Source: Liolophura sinensis (taxonomy: Eukaryota). Taken from it: a stretch of 64,000 nucleotides of DNA. Position numbers and translations under genes: made by a program. Below the pieces are notes generated by a model, which saw only the letters and a list, made by a program, of their open reading frames with translations, had not been told where the DNA came from and made no database searches. The DNA is taken from NCBI RefSeq assembly GCF_032854445.1, contig NC_088295.1, positions 28,692,498 through 28,756,497 of the forward strand, in the 5' to 3' direction. Below, piece by piece: positions 62,641 through 64,000 of this stretch. Position 1 is the stretch's first letter, and each line of letters starts with the position of its first letter.

Positions 62641-63036
62641 CATCAAGATGTACGTACGTGTATGAAGTAAGGCAAATAACAAAAAGATCTAGGTACAGAT
62701 CTCGACAAGGAAAGACAGGGATAAAACGAAAGATTCTTCCACTTGATGTTCTGTACACATTTCCCCAGTCACTTGGGCACAAAATGGTAGAAATAAAACA
62801 AGTCATTTAATTAAATTTGTATAAAATTTATTATAATGTGCTAGTTGACAATATAAGTGAACAAAATGCTAAACTCAACTCTCACATATTATAATTTAAG
62901 TATAGCAACATGAAACACAGATGTTCAACAATTATTACTCTGATGATACAAGCAAAAAATCAGTATCGTGAGCAAATTGCATCCTTCAAAAGAATATCCA
63001 GTTCATTAACATTTTAAAGACAGTTCCATTACATGA

Positions 63037-64000
63037 TTAGTCTACCTCCTCTACAGTGGGGCCTTGTCCTGAAGTACCACTGCTGTCCCCTGATTGTGAG
63101 TTGCCATGTAACTTTGACATGATTGGGGAGCAAACATCCTGCACCTCCTTCAGCTTGTGATCTAATTCATCCTTCTCAGCCAGTGAATTACTGTCCATCC
63201 ACCTGAGTGCTTCGTCACATGTGGTCACCACAGTGTTTTTGTCATTCTCTGGCAGTTTGCTGCCCTGCTCATTGACCACCTGTTTAATACTGAAGATGTA
63301 GCCCTCCAGTTTATTTCTGGCTGCCACACGTTCTCTATGCTGAGCATCATCATCTTTGTATTTCTCTGCCTCAGCCAACATTCTCTCAATGTCAGCTTTA
63401 CTCAGTCTACCCTTGTCATTTGTGATGGTGATTTTGCTGTTTTTCCCTGTGCTCTTATCCTCTGCTGATACATTCAGGATTCCATTTGCGTCAATGTCAA
63501 ATGTCACCTCGATCTGGGGCACACCTCTTGGTGCAGGTGGGATGCCATTCAGTTCAAATGTGCCCAGTTTGTTGTTGTCCTTGGTCATCGCTCTCTCCCC
63601 CTCATACACCTGGATTGTAACACCTGGCTGGTTATCAGCATACGTGGTGAAGGTTTTGGAGGTTTTCATTGGGATTCTTGTATTCCTGTCAATCAAGTTG
63701 GTCATCACACCTCCAGCTGTCTCAATTCCCAAAGAGAGGGGAGCCACATCCACCAGTAGGACATCCTTAATCACCTCGCTCTGCTCTCCAGTCAAGATGG
63801 CAGCCTGAACTGCAGCACCATAGGCCACAGCCTCGTCAGGGTTGATCGACTTGTTCAGTTCTTTCCCATTCATAAAGTCGTGTAATAGTTTCTGGATTTT
63901 AGGAATTCTGGTAGAGCCTCCGACTAAGACAATTTCATGGATCTTGGACTTGTCCATCTTAGCATCTCTCAAGGCCTTCTCCACAGGTTCCAGGGTCCCC
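63037..64000 (-). CDS. HSP70: HSP70 copy 2, 3' (C-terminal) part; continues beyond window end
   Basis: 315-aa ORF to GPTVEEVD stop; almost identical to copy 1 (a few substitutions, e.g. AAKNK/AARNK, GNTSG/GDSSG); 3' flank also duplicated. Confidence 0.85.
   Translation of the reverse strand, partial: GTLEPVEKALRDAKMDKSKIHEIVLVGGSTRIPKIQKLLHDFMNGKELNKSINPDEAVAYGAAVQAAILTGEQSEVIKDVLLVDVAPLSLGIETAGGVMTNLIDRNTRIPMKTSKTFTTYADNQPGVTIQVYEGERAMTKDNNKLGTFELNGIPPAPRGVPQIEVTFDIDANGILNVSAEDKSTGKNSKITITNDKGRLSKADIERMLAEAEKYKDDDAQHRERVAARNKLEGYIFSIKQVVNEQGSKLPENDKNTVVTTCDEALRWMDSNSLAEKDELDHKLKEVQDVCSPIMSKLHGNSQSGDSSGTSGQGPTVEEVD

Overview
This is AT-rich metazoan nuclear DNA with multi-exon genes carrying GT-AG introns, two tRNA-derived SINE families and many minisatellites. 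It is probably an invertebrate such as a mollusc, which is inference only. There are no prokaryotic features, so there is no CRISPR array and no defence system. The features fall into three groups. (1) A large PARP4-like (vault PARP) gene lies on the minus strand from about 16.8 to 45.9 kb. I traced 28 candidate exons covering BRCT, PARP regulatory, VIT and VWA domains, a 2.1-kb Ser/Thr/FG-like low-complexity exon, and a C-terminal MVP-binding-like tail that continues past the apparent stop of the big ORF. Two of its exons show intragenic tandem duplication. One duplication is a 102-bp (34-codon) array of about 17 copies of an exon 3' end together with its GTAAGT donor. (2) An ashwin (C2orf49-like) gene with 4 exons lies on the plus strand at 48.2-52.2 kb, head-to-head with PARP4. 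Foldback/MITE-like inverted-repeat elements sit in the shared upstream region and in ashwin intron 1. (3) Two nearly identical cytosolic HSP70 (EEVD) genes lie in tandem on the minus strand, at 57.3-59.2 kb and from 63.0 kb to the window end. The first copy has a TATA box and an upstream heat-shock element, but its reading frame is broken by a 1-bp indel. The first 16 kb has no convincing coding genes. It holds satellites of 25, 38, 40, 46 and 90 bp, SINE copies, and unexplained GC-rich islands. Most ORF-track entries inside repeats, SINEs, or antisense to HSP70 and the PARP4 repeat exon are artefacts. All exon coordinates are approximate (a few bp), derived by eye from splice consensus and reading-frame continuity.
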